64,000 bases of DNA from an uncultured Chloroflexia bacterium (GTDB lineage: Bacteria; Chloroflexota; Dehalococcoidia; UBA2979), in assembly GCA_963728205.1 (NCBI GenBank), contig CAVSIV010000006.1:416001-480000 (forward strand), in the 5' to 3' direction. Numbering within the stretch: the first letter of the stretch is position 1; the number at the start of each line of letters is the position of its first letter. The notes beneath the pieces are model-generated. The model was not told the DNA's origin. It searched no databases and saw only the letters and a program-made list of their open reading frames with translations. The translations under genes and the position numbers were made by a program. Positions 10,130 to 20,385 of this stretch are shown here, one piece after another.

Positions 10130-11916
10130 ATGGCTCGGCCCGCCCCGTGCGCCACCCGCCGCACCGTTGTCCGCCTCCGCCGGGGGCTCCTCGCGGTCGT
10201 GATGGTGCTCGTCGCGGCGGCGTGCGGCTCGCACGCGACCACGACGCCGCCGCCACAGACGACCCCGACTCGAACCGTCACACCCGGCCCAGCGACGGCA
10301 ACCACAACCGGCACGCGCGCGCCGATCGCCGACGGCGTTGCGCTCACGATCGCCCCGCCCACGCCCGTCCCGGCGAGCGAAGTGCTCTTCGCGCTCGTGA
10401 CGCATCCGGCGACGACCGGTCCGCCCGACGCGCTCGTGCGCGTCACGCACGACGCCGGCACGACGCACGTCGAGCCGATCTTCGGCGCCGGGGCAGCCGC
10501 CCCCGGGCCGGGCCATCCCATCGTGGGAGCGGCGGTGCTCGACGGTCAGCCGGTTGCGCTCGCCTGCCTCGACGGCGACTGCGGCGCGTCCCTCGCCACC
10601 ATGCCCGCGACCACGGCGATCTATCGCACGAGCGACCTGGGCGACACGTGGACCATCGCCGCGCGGCTCAACGGCGCGTTCACGATCGCCGGCTCCGACG
10701 GCCATCGCCTGCTGCTGCACCGCGCGCCGCAGCCGGGCGGCGCGAGTCCCGGACCGTTGTACGCCTGGTGGCCGGGCATGGAACCAGTCGTCGTCGCGCC
10801 GCACGACGCGGGCACGGGGCCGCTCGTGCTGCCGTCGGGCCGCGTGGCGTGGTGGCGCGGCGGCACGCTGCTGGACGGCGACAGCGCGGTCGGCGGGCTG
10901 GCGGCGACCGACGCCCACCGCCAAGCGCTCACCGCGGTGGACGCCGTCGCGAGCCCGTACGGGCGCATCGCGGTGATCGCCGCCGGGCACGCGGACGACG
11001 GCCGCCCGGAGACGCGCCTGGGCGCGCTCGACCTCGCCGAGGCGTTTGCCGTCCCGCCGGTCGCGTACGTGCTGGATTCCGCCGCAGCTCTCCATCGGGC
11101 TGCGCGCTTGGCTCGACGGCCACCGCCTGCTCGTCGAGGCCACGCTGCCGACCACGGCGCTCCCCGCCGCCGACCGGCCGTCGGGCTCGACCGCGACGCT
11201 GGCGGCGATCGTCGACGTCGATGCGGGGACGCTCACGCCGATCGCCGATCCCTTCGCGCATCCACCCGCGCCCGGCGCCGCCTACGACGTGATTGGCTCT
11301 GCCGGCCGCTGGCGCGACGCGCTCGCCCCGGAGCCGGGACTCGTCGACCTCGTGGACCAGGTGACGGCCGGCGGCGCCGACCGGGTCATCGCGCTCACGC
11401 GGCGGGTGCAGGCGCTCTGCTCGTTCCACGGCGAGGCCAACGACTACTGCCGCGCGCACGGGCTCGGCGCGCAGGACCATTTCTCGGCGATCGCCGTCGG
11501 CAGTTCGAGCGCGTGCGAGAGCTGCGAGATGCCGCCCGCGCCCGTCGAGGCCGCGCTCGCGGCGCTCTACCGCGACGGGTCCGTGCGACAGGACGCGTTC
11601 TGGGGCGGGTTCGCGCCATCGCCGACCGGGCCCGCGCCGGGCGGGGTGACGCTGGTCGGCGCCTGGGACGTCACGCAGGCGCCGCACGACCCGGCCGCGT
11701 TCGAGCCGGGACTCAGCTCGGGCTACGTGCTCGAGTTCCGGTCGCTGCGCGGAGCGACCGCCATCGGTGGCGACGACGCGACCGGCTTCCTGCTCTACGT
11801 CGACCCCGGCGCCGAAGCACCGATCGCGGCCATCCAGCCCGAGACGCCCGAGTGGAGCGGCGCGCGCGAAGCCGGCGCGCAGCGGCGGCGGGTGGCGGCA
11901 GCTGTACCGGCGATGA
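10130..11916 (+). CDS. Lipoprotein: beta-propeller (BNR-like SxDxGxTW) plus Cys helical module; frameshifts near 11080 and 11860
   Basis: Lipobox VAAAC; TSDLGDTW Asp-box; LVDLVDQVTAGGADRVIALTRRVQALC..YC..IAVG..C; probable stop overlaps the next ATG (ATGA 11913-11916). Confidence 0.6.
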
Positions 11917-12705
11917 GGTGCCGCGCGATATCGCTGATCGGGACCGCCGTCGTGGTGGCGGCGCTCCTCGCTGTGGCAGGGTGCTCACGGGGCGCGAGCC
12001 CGGCCGCGTCGCCGAGCGCGACGCCGGTCCGCGATCGGCGAGGCTCGCGCCGGCGACCAGCAGGCGAGCGCGCCGGCACCCCCGGCGGCCGGCGAAACTC
12101 GCGCCCTGCCCCGTCGCGCGGACGCGTGCCGGCTCGCCGCGGACTTCCTGCCGCTCGTGCGCGCCAGCGACGGCGACGCAATCGCGCGTCGCGCGGGCCG
12201 AATCACCTTCACGTGCCCACGGCGACGCCGACGCCCGGCGACGTCTTCGCGTATGCCATCGCCGCCGCGTGCGCGACCAAGCGCCCGGCGACACAGTCGC
12301 CGACGTACGAGTCGCACAACGGGAAGGGCGCCGTTCTACGTCGCGACGAGCGCGGCGATTCGCGGCGGAAATCGCAGACGGCCTGCGCAGTGCTGCATCG
12401 GGCGGGCGGCGGCCCGCTGAATGTCGTCGCCGTCGGATGCGGCGCGAACGACCCGGCGGGCCGGCCTGACTGCGGTCGCGCGGTTGTGGTCGTCATTCGC
12501 GTACCCGCGCGACGGCAGCAGCGGGACGCGGGCGTCTGCGGGCTCATCTTCAGCCGACATCGACGCGAGCCCTGGTGATGAAGACTTCGCCATGTGTGGC
12601 CGTCGCCTCATGCGGGTCCGCCTCTTTGCGTCAAGGACCATATGGAGCCTCTACGTGCCCGTCGGCGTGTCGCGTGCGGTGCTGCAACCGTATGTCCTCC
12701 ACTGA
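11913..12705 (+). pseudogene. Lipoprotein gene with multiple frameshifts
   Basis: MRCRAISLIGTAVVVAALLAVAGC lipobox; plausible coding pieces alternate between frames (VRASDGDAIARRAGRITFTCP; IWSLYVP..*). Confidence 0.5.
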
Positions 12706-12818
12706 GGTCCGGGCCTGCGGCGGTCTGCCGCCGCTGTGGGTCCGCCCGTAGATCGGGGCCGCCGCCTCGCGCGTACCCTCTTCGCGCCGGCCGCCCGTGG
12801 CCGGCGGAGGAGGACACC

Positions 12819-13394
12819 ATGAGCAACCTGGGTCACGGCATCGCCGCGGTCGATGCGTTCATCGCCGACGCGCACCGCATCCTCGACGAGCACGGCGGGC
12901 CGACCGTCGCCGCATTCGAGGCGCTCGGCGAGCGTATGAAGCCGCTCGCGCGCCGGCGCGACCTCGAGGACCTGCGCGACGGCTCGCCGCTCCCCGGCAA
13001 CCGCATCTACAGCGAGCCCGACGGCCTCACGCTGATGCTCGCGACGTTCCCGAGCACCACCGCCGTGCACACGCACGGCACGTGGGGCGTGATGGTCGGC
13101 TACCGCGGCACCGAGCGGTACCGCCAGTGGGTGCGCGAGGACGACGGCGCCGAGCCCGGCCGCGCGCGCCTGCGGCTGCTGCGCGACATCGAGGTCCGCC
13201 CCGGCGACGCGGGCTGGTGGTACCCGCCGCCGAGCGACATCCACCAGCAACTGCCCGGCCCGGAGGGCGTGCTCGAGCTGATCCTGATGGGCACGCCGCC
13301 CGGCGAGCACCGGCTGTACTTCGACGTCGACGCCGGGACGTACGTCGAGAGCACGCCGTCGGAGCAGCACTACCGGGTCGCGCCGGCGAGCTGA
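12819..13394 (+). CDS. Cupin / cysteine dioxygenase-like protein
   Basis: RBS ggaggagg; TAVHTHGTWGVMVGYRGTE..PPSDIHQ (HxH..H metal ligands). Confidence 0.8.
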   Translation: MSNLGHGIAAVDAFIADAHRILDEHGGPTVAAFEALGERMKPLARRRDLEDLRDGSPLPGNRIYSEPDGLTLMLATFPSTTAVHTHGTWGVMVGYRGTERYRQWVREDDGAEPGRARLRLLRDIEVRPGDAGWWYPPPSDIHQQLPGPEGVLELILMGTPPGEHRLYFDVDAGTYVESTPSEQHYRVAPAS

Positions 13395-13633
13395 ACGCGC
13401 GGGCTACCCAGGCCCGCCCCCACCGGCGGCGAGGAGATCGACGAAGATCCGGCGCCTTCCCGCGCCACCGCTATCGTGGCGGCGAGCAGAGCCGGCCGCG
13501 TGCCCTGCGAGCGCGACGACGAGGACCGCCGGGAGGTCGACGACGCCGGGCGCCTCGTCTTCACCGAGGCGTCCGGAACGATGCCGCACGTGAGCCCGCC
13601 GGCCCATCGGCGGCGCGGGCGTCCGCCACCCTG

Positions 13634-13664
13634 ATGATAGCGCGATGCCCCACGATGCTATCAT
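13634..13664. promoter_or_regulatory. Inverted repeat operator overlapping the -10 box of the TA operon
   Basis: atgatagc-N15-gctatcat; TATCAT lies 6 nt before ATG 13671. Confidence 0.65.
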
Positions 13665-13670
13665 TCAACG

Positions 13671-13958
13671 ATGAAACAACTCATCACCCGCGTTGACGAC
13701 GAGCTTCACGAACGGCTCAAGGCACATGCTGCCGCCGAGGGCGTATCGGTGAACGCGCTCGTCACGGAGCTGCTCCGAGCGGGACTCGACTCCGGAGACG
13801 ACCGCAGCGGAGTGCGCGCGCGGATCCGCGCGACAGGCATGAGCGTCGTGTACCGGCCCTCCCGGCGACCCCCATCCCGAAACGCCGCGATCCGCTCGAC
13901 CAGAGGGGCGGGGTGCGCGGCAAGCGAAGCACTCGAGGCAGATCGCAGCCGTCGGTGA
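13671..13958 (+). CDS. Ribbon-helix-helix antitoxin (VapB-like)
   Basis: MKQLITRVDDELHERLKAHAAAEGVSVNALVTELL; overlaps the PIN gene by GTGA. Confidence 0.85.
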   Translation: MKQLITRVDDELHERLKAHAAAEGVSVNALVTELLRAGLDSGDDRSGVRARIRATGMSVVYRPSRRPPSRNAAIRSTRGAGCAASEALEADRSRR

Positions 13959-14398
13959 CGCTCCTCTATGCCGATACGAGTGCGCTGGTGCGTGCTTACT
14001 TCGAGGACGAGCCAGATCACGCTGAGCTGCGCGAACGGCTGCTCGAAGGAACGGAACCCGTCGTCACCAGCGAGCTGGCGAGGGTGGAGCTCGCGAGTGC
14101 GATCCGCGCGGCGGCGACCGCCGGCCGCATGCGCGGTCACGCCGGGTTGCTCGCCCGCATCGACGCCGACTGCGAGGAGAACGGGCCGATCGCGCTGCTC
14201 CGATTGCGCGCCCAGGCCGTGCTGCCGGTCGCCTACGACCTCGTGCGTGAACATCGACTGAGAACGCTCGACGCGATCCACCTCGCCGTCGCGCTCGAGG
14301 AGTGCCCCGTTCTCGCGCGGGACGGCGTGGTGGTATTCGTGACGAGGGACGAGGATCAGGCGGTCGCCGCCGCCGCCCTCGGCTTCGTTGTGAATTGA
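13955..14398 (+). CDS. vapC: PIN-domain toxin VapC
   Basis: YADTSALVRAY..SELARVELAS..LRTLDAIHLAVA..FVTRD. Confidence 0.9.
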   Translation: MTLLYADTSALVRAYFEDEPDHAELRERLLEGTEPVVTSELARVELASAIRAAATAGRMRGHAGLLARIDADCEENGPIALLRLRAQAVLPVAYDLVREHRLRTLDAIHLAVALEECPVLARDGVVVFVTRDEDQAVAAAALGFVVN

Positions 14399-14517
14399 CG
14401 GGGGCCTTCCTGCCCACCGAGACGCCCGCGTCATCGGAATGAGCGCCCCAGCACTCCGATACCGGCACCAGTCCGACTGACTCGCCCCACGCCCGCGCGT
14501 CTACGCTGTCGAGCGCG

Positions 14518-15042
14518 ATGGATCACGTCGACCACGTCAACCTGCTGCGCGACGGCGTTCCCGCGCCCGGCGGCGTGTGGGCGGACTTCGGCGCCGGCGC
14601 GGGCGCGTTCACGCTCGCGCTCGCCGACCTCCTCGGCCCCGGCGCGGGGGTCATCGCGATCGATCGCGACGCCGGCCGGCTGCGCGAAAACGAGCGCGCG
14701 ATGCGCGTGCGTTTCCCCGAGACGGCCGCCCGGTACGTGACGGCGGACTTCCGCGAGCCGCTCGAGCTGCCGGCGCTCGACGGCATCGTGATGGCAAACG
14801 CCCTGCACTTCGCGGCGGACCAGGTCGCCGTGCTGCGACTGCTCCGCGGCTACCTCGCGCCCGGCGGCCCGCTGCTGGTCGTCGAGTACAACATCGACCG
14901 CTCGAACGGCGCGGTCCCCTACCCGGTGCCGTTCCGTCGCCTGCAGGAGCTCTGCGACGAGGCCGGGTTCGACTCGACGACGCTGCTGCGCACGCGCCCG
15001 AGCCGGTTCCTGCGCGAGATCTACTCGGCGGTGAGCCGGTGA
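14518..15042 (+). CDS. Class I SAM-dependent methyltransferase
   Basis: WADFGAGAGAFT, VIAIDRD, LDGIVMANALHF, LAPGGPLLVVEY. Confidence 0.88.
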   Translation: MDHVDHVNLLRDGVPAPGGVWADFGAGAGAFTLALADLLGPGAGVIAIDRDAGRLRENERAMRVRFPETAARYVTADFREPLELPALDGIVMANALHFAADQVAVLRLLRGYLAPGGPLLVVEYNIDRSNGAVPYPVPFRRLQELCDEAGFDSTTLLRTRPSRFLREIYSAVSR

Positions 15043-15064
15043 AGGCGGAGCGGGCCGCACGATC

Positions 15065-15313
15065 GTGAACGCGCAGGATCGACGCTTCCTGCGCCGGCTG
15101 CTCCTCGTCTTCGGGCCGCTGTTCGTGCTGGGTGGGTTCTTCGCCGCCTTCACCGTCGTGGGCGCGGTCTTGATCTTCGTCGGGGTCGGAATGTTCGCGA
15201 CCGGCCTGCTGTTGTTCACGAGGCTGCCGGTCATGATCCCGGCGCTGCTCGGCGCGGCGCTCGCGATCGCGTTGACCACCCAGATGGTGCTGCAACTCGC
15301 CGGCCACTGGTAG
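15065..15313 (+). CDS. Small membrane protein
   Basis: 82 aa with three hydrophobic segments. Confidence 0.55.
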   Translation: MNAQDRRFLRRLLLVFGPLFVLGGFFAAFTVVGAVLIFVGVGMFATGLLLFTRLPVMIPALLGAALAIALTTQMVLQLAGHW

Positions 15314-15379
15314 AGCACGCGGCCGCTCGGTCGACGCAACCCGCTCGGCGTTCCGGACCGGCCGGCCGCCCCCGACCCC

Positions 15380-16267
15380 CTAGTGCGCCGGGTGCAGCGG
15401 CGCCGGCGTGTTCGGCCGGACGTAGTACGTCGGCTGGTCGCCGCGCGCCGGCGGCAGGTAGTCGGCGGCGCTCTTCTGGCACCCGGCCGCGACGCGCGCG
15501 ATGCCGCCGGTCTTCCCCAGCCACAGCGCCGCCCCCGCACCCGCGTCCGAGCCGAACACGACGACGAACGTCGCGTCCGACGCCTCCTTCGGCGCCGCGT
15601 ACACCGCGTAGAGGCGCAGCGACTTGCCGGCGGCGAGGAGCTTCGCGATCGCGTCCTGCGGTTGCGCCGCCGACCACTGGCCGCTGTCGCACGCCTGCAC
15701 CTGCAGCCCGGGGTTCGCGGCCTGCGCGAGCGCGGCGGCGTCGCCCTGCGCCACGCGCGCCGCGATCTCGTCGATGGCCGGGAAGCCGGAGGTCGTGCCG
15801 GGGTCGTAGGTGGGCGGCGCAATCGCGGTCGCGGGGAGCACCTTCAGCGCGCTCACGTCGGGGTCGGGCGTGTACCAGCCCTGCGTGTAGAACGCCCAGC
15901 CGAGCCCGCCGAGCGCGAGCCAGTCGCCGTCCTCGCTCTTGCCGACCACCGAGACGGCGTCGCCGGGCTGCAGGCGGCCAACGACGACGCCGTCGAGCGA
16001 CGGCCCCGTGCGGACGTTGAGGTCGTTGGTGTCGATGGTGACGTGGACGCCGGGGGGCAGCGGGGCGGCCGTGGGCGACGCGGTCGCGGTCGCTGTGGCG
16101 CCGGCGGCGGGCGTGCCCGTGCCGCCGGCGACGGCGGCAGTCGCGGAGGGCGACGCCGCGGAGCCCCCGCCGAAGGGCCCGCAGGCGACGGCGCCGACGA
16201 GCAGCGCCGCGGCGAGCGCGAGCAAGACGGTCAGTCGGATCGCGCGCCGTGCGCCGCCGCAGTCCAT
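15380..16267 (-). CDS. Lipoprotein with SH3b domain and Cys helical module
   Basis: Lipobox AVAC; LNVRTGPSLDGVVVGRLQPGDAVSVVGKSEDGDW..GW (SH3b); TSGFPAIDEIAARVAQGDAAAL. Confidence 0.8.
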   Translation of the reverse strand: MDCGGARRAIRLTVLLALAAALLVGAVACGPFGGGSAASPSATAAVAGGTGTPAAGATATATASPTAAPLPPGVHVTIDTNDLNVRTGPSLDGVVVGRLQPGDAVSVVGKSEDGDWLALGGLGWAFYTQGWYTPDPDVSALKVLPATAIAPPTYDPGTTSGFPAIDEIAARVAQGDAAALAQAANPGLQVQACDSGQWSAAQPQDAIAKLLAAGKSLRLYAVYAAPKEASDATFVVVFGSDAGAGAALWLGKTGGIARVAAGCQKSAADYLPPARGDQPTYYVRPNTPAPLHPAH

Positions 16268-16308
16268 GTCCTTCACGATAGGCGGCGGCGGAAGGGGCAG
16301 CGTTCCCC

Positions 16309-17613
16309 TTACCGCAGCGGCGCATACGGGGGCCGGTTGACCCGCGCGGTCCCGACACCCGGGCGCCACGCCTCGGCACACCCATCGCGACCGGCGCCCG
16401 CCGGCACGGTCACCACCGCACGACTGTCGTCGAGGCGCGTCACGACGCTCGGTCGCGCCCCCGCGGTGTATTGCGGAACGTGCCAACCCGCGGACGCGGG
16501 GATCAGGACCCCGTACGCGTCCGGACCCTGCAGCCGGCCGGCCGGCTGTCCACCCTCGCCGAACGTCCCGTCGACCGAGACGCGATAGTGCCCGAAGTCG
16601 AATTCGCCGCCGTCCGCGCGCCACGGGTCGCCGCCGCAGCCGCCCGCGTAGTCCGGCGCGACGAACCGGAACAGCGCGGTCCCGTCGGCGGCGTAGATGT
16701 AGGCCACGTCCGCGCCGGACCGCGGCATGTCGTCGACGTAGAGGTAGCGCCCGTCAGGGGACCAGCGCGGGTTGCCCCAGAACTGCCCCTCGTCGGACCA
16801 CAGATCCGCGCCGTGCCGGTCGAGCACGCGCACGGCTTGGCCGGTCACGAGCGCAAGGCGGCTGCCGTCGGGCGACCACGCCAGCGATAGGTCGTGTTCC
16901 GTGTCGGGCGTCACGTCGAAGTGGCGATCAACCGGTGCCCAGTGGGCGAGGTCGGGGGCGATCCCGAGGTTCACACGCGCGTCGGTGACCTCCTGCGCGA
17001 CTGCGATCGCGGCACCGTCGCGCGACCACGACGCCGCGAATGCACGGCCCCGCGCGGCGCGCCAGAGATCGGCGAGCACGTCACCGTGGCCGTCAAACGC
17101 GGTGACCAGGTCGCCGCCCGCGACCGGGGCGATGAAGCCGACCTCCCCGGGGCCGTACTCGACGGGGAGGCTCGTCGCGCCGATCGCATGGACCGAGCCG
17201 TCATCGGTGCGCAGCACGCGATAGCCGTCCGCGACGCGGTAGACGATGTACGCGCCGCTCGGCGCGACGCCGAAGTCGCCCTGCGCGCCCGGCACGACCC
17301 AGGCGGTCGTGGTGCCGGACACCGGGTCGATGAAGAGAACCGCCGGCGCCACGTCGACGGTCTCGCCCTTCGCAAAGGTGCGTACGTACGGCGGCTCCGG
17401 TGACACGACCGCCGTGCCGCTCGCGGCCGGCGCAAGCGTCGGCGTCACGGCGGGCGTCGCCGGAGAGACGGTCGCCACCGTCGTCGCGCGCGTCGCCGTG
17501 GCCGAGGGGACGGCCGGTCGCGAAGAGGTGCAGCCGGCGAGCAACACCCCGGCTGCGGCCGCCGCGGCGACGAGGCGTGCCACCGACCGCCACCGCCCTC
17601 GCGCGGACGTCAC
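16309..17613 (-). CDS. TolB-like beta-propeller lipoprotein
   Basis: GTG start; lipobox LLAGC; WSRDG, LAWSPDGSRLA, PRWSPDGRYL; ends ..GRDGC... Confidence 0.72.
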   Translation of the reverse strand: MTSARGRWRSVARLVAAAAAAGVLLAGCTSSRPAVPSATATRATTVATVSPATPAVTPTLAPAASGTAVVSPEPPYVRTFAKGETVDVAPAVLFIDPVSGTTTAWVVPGAQGDFGVAPSGAYIVYRVADGYRVLRTDDGSVHAIGATSLPVEYGPGEVGFIAPVAGGDLVTAFDGHGDVLADLWRAARGRAFAASWSRDGAAIAVAQEVTDARVNLGIAPDLAHWAPVDRHFDVTPDTEHDLSLAWSPDGSRLALVTGQAVRVLDRHGADLWSDEGQFWGNPRWSPDGRYLYVDDMPRSGADVAYIYAADGTALFRFVAPDYAGGCGGDPWRADGGEFDFGHYRVSVDGTFGEGGQPAGRLQGPDAYGVLIPASAGWHVPQYTAGARPSVVTRLDDSRAVVTVPAGAGRDGCAEAWRPGVGTARVNRPPYAPLR

Positions 17614-18993
17614 GACCCACACCGGTCGCGGCCGAGGTCCACGGATTCCGACAATCCACCGACCATCGGCCGTCCAATCGAGCCCGATCGGGAACGCCGA
17701 CCGGGCTCCCGTGCCGAAGGCATCGAGTCGCTCGCTCGCGCCGGTCGCGACATCGATCACGTAGACGCCCTGGCCGACGCCGCCGGCAAGGATGCGTCGA
17801 CCGTCGGGCGCCCAGGACTCGAACCAGAAGCCATGCAGATCTGTGGGGATGGGGCGCGGGGCGGCGCCGGTGCGCGCGTCGATGGTCTCGAGGCGCCAGC
17901 CCCCCGCTCGGCACTGATCCGCGACGACCAGGAGCGTGACGCCGTCCGGGCTCCAGCCGACGGGCGACACGCCGCCGAACGGGCCGCGCGTCCCGCCGCC
18001 GGCCGTATCGACGATCCACGTCTGGGGCATCGAGGCATCGGGCGTCCCGGGCTCGCCCCGCTGGACCGCGATGAAGCGCCCATCCGGCGACCACCGCGGT
18101 ACGCGCACGACGTCCCCCGGATCGAGGAAGAGCGACGCGGTCGCGGTCCCCGCCGAACCGGGCCCGGGCACGTCAATCACGGCCAGACGTCCGTCGGTGG
18201 TGCCCGCCGCAACCCGCGCGTCGATGGGCGACGCCGCGACCTCCCCGTTGCCCAGATGCGTGTCGGCGGCCAGCGCACCGTCGAGCGGACGCGACTCGCC
18301 CGTCGTGAGGTCGATCACCCGGTATTGCGTCCTGCCCGCGTACGGCTCGAGCAGGACTCGACCTCCTGCGAGGACGACGCCAGGGAGCGCCGGGTCGACG
18401 AACGTGATCGCGCGGTGCAGGAGGTCGACCTCGTAGACGCCGGCCGGCCAGGGCTTCGCGGTATCGACGGCCTGCGCGGGCTGGCCGTCGAGCCACACAA
18501 GGATGCGGTCGGCGTCAGGCCAGGCGAAGACCAATACGTTGAGGGAGACGGGGGGCAGGATCCGCGTCGCCTCGCCGCTCGCGAGGTCGAAGCGCACGAT
18601 CGCGCCGCCGCCGAACCCGGGATCGGACTCACGCACGAGTAGGTCGTCCCCGAGACGACCGAGCAGGAACGGCAGCATCCGCGTGAGGCGAGAGAGCGTT
18701 GCGTCCCGCGTGTCGTAGATGAGTGGCCCCGCTGGATCGGGTGCATCTGCGGGCACGCGTTGCACGTCGACGGGCGAGAAGTCGAGCGGGAAGGGCGTGC
18801 CCGGCACGGGCCTCGGCGACGGCGTGGCCGCCGGCGTCGTGGGTGTGACGGCAGCCGGCCTCGCGAGCGGCGAGGCGACCGACAGTGCCGCGGTGGGGGT
18901 CGAGGTGGATTCGGGACGGCTCGAGCACGCCACGAGCACGCTTGCGACGATCATGCCTACGGCGAGCGCGGCGAGGGGAGCGCGGCCGATCAC
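17610..18993 (-). CDS. TolB-like beta-propeller lipoprotein; frameshift near its 3' end
   Basis: Lipobox VLVAC; PRWSPDGRFIA, GWSPDG, SWAPDGRRI, WTADGRW; the shifted frame gives GRDRCGS* whose TGA overlaps the next GTG. Confidence 0.72.
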
Positions 18994-20378
18994 GGCGCGC
19001 CCCGACTGGCGACCGGCGCATCGACGAAGCCGAGCACCTGGATCCAGGCGCCGGACGCGACGTCCCGTCCGCCGACGCGCAGCCCCATCGGCTCGTTGTG
19101 CGCGTAGCACCGCTCCGCGTCGACGCCGTTCGGGATCGCCCGCTCGGCCGTTCGCACCGCCGGCGACTCCTCGCCGCGACAGACGAACGACAGGCTGCGG
19201 TCGCCGTACCAGGTCTGCTCCGCCTCGAGCGGGCCGGTCACGTCGCGCGGCGCGCCGCCGTCGAGCGGGTAGAGGCGCCAGCGCATCGGATCCGCGCGGA
19301 TCGTCGCGACGTCCGCCACGTCCACGCAGCGGTCTTCCGCGAGCGCGGCCGCGATCAGCGCGCGGCCGGCGGACGAGAGCTGCCGCTCGCCGACGAGCAC
19401 GGAGTCGAACGACGCCGAGAGCTGCGTCCAGTCGATCACGGGCTCGCCGCGGTCGAGCGCCAGCAGGACTGCACCGGACTGGTCGACGGCGCGCAGCGAC
19501 GTGCTCGCTCCGTACGCGTCGCGGCACCGCGAGGCGAACGGCCCAGACCACTCGACGCGAACCGGCTGCGGCGTCACCACGCCCGAGGTCGGACTCACCA
19601 CGTTCACGCTGCCGTCCGTGCCGATGTCCGCCGTCCCGTCGAGCGTCTCGCCGCCGGCGATGTATGCGCGCACGTGGGCATCGTCGGTCCACTCGCTCGG
19701 GAACAGCTCGCCGGCCGGACGGCTGAAGACATCGGCCTGGCGAACGTGCGCGACGACGCGCCCGTCCGCGACAGCGACGACCGTGACCCAGACGTTGGAC
19801 GGCGTACCGGGCGTGCCGAACTCGCCGAGGGCGACAAAGTCGGCGTGCGGCGAGAGCAGGACGTTGGTGATGCGCGCGTCGGGACGCGAGTAGAGGAGGC
19901 GTCCGTCGGAGCCGTCGAGCGCGTACGACCAGAGCTCGTGACCGAAGTCGACGAGCACGCGGTCGCCGGCGAGCGTCGCCTTCACGTCCCTGCCGAGCTC
20001 GCCGGCGACCTGGAACGAGGCGACCTCGCGCCGCGCGCCGAGGTCGTAGTCGGCGACCCGCCACGGGGAGCCCGGCGTGCCCGCGAGGAAGTATGCGTAG
20101 ACGACGAGCGGGCCGGTGGCGTCGCGCGGCCAGCCGCGCTCGAGGTCGGTGCTCGGCGCGCCGGCAGGCGGCGCCTCCGTGGGGTATCCGGGCGAACGCG
20201 TGGGCGTGGACGTCGGCTCGAGGGTCGGGGCAGCCGCCGGCGATGCGGCGAGCGTCGCCGCGGCCGACGCGGACGCCAGCGGAGTCGGGGCGTGCCGTGC
20301 CGTGCACGCCACGCCCGCCGCGGCGACGACTGCCAGCAACAGGAGCGCGCCGAAGCGCGCGCGCCGGGCAGCGTCCAT
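18990..20378 (-). CDS. Beta-propeller-like lipoprotein
   Basis: MDAARRARFGALLLLAVVAAAGVAC; P/T linker; LWSYALDGSDGRLL, LSPHADFVA. Confidence 0.7.
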   Translation of the reverse strand: MDAARRARFGALLLLAVVAAAGVACTARHAPTPLASASAAATLAASPAAAPTLEPTSTPTRSPGYPTEAPPAGAPSTDLERGWPRDATGPLVVYAYFLAGTPGSPWRVADYDLGARREVASFQVAGELGRDVKATLAGDRVLVDFGHELWSYALDGSDGRLLYSRPDARITNVLLSPHADFVALGEFGTPGTPSNVWVTVVAVADGRVVAHVRQADVFSRPAGELFPSEWTDDAHVRAYIAGGETLDGTADIGTDGSVNVVSPTSGVVTPQPVRVEWSGPFASRCRDAYGASTSLRAVDQSGAVLLALDRGEPVIDWTQLSASFDSVLVGERQLSSAGRALIAAALAEDRCVDVADVATIRADPMRWRLYPLDGGAPRDVTGPLEAEQTWYGDRSLSFVCRGEESPAVRTAERAIPNGVDAERCYAHNEPMGLRVGGRDVASGAWIQVLGFVDAPVASRGAP

Positions 20379-20385
20379 AGTCGCC

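Noticed and set aside
13400-13630. Possible small gene between the cupin and the TA operon
   Set aside because: No coherent ORF with a start and a recognisable motif.
16309-20307. Very long ORFs such as 1332 aa, and Arg-rich ORFs such as 3175..7413 and 59701..62991
   Set aside because: These are frameshift-merged neighbours or stop-poor shadow frames of high-GC DNA.
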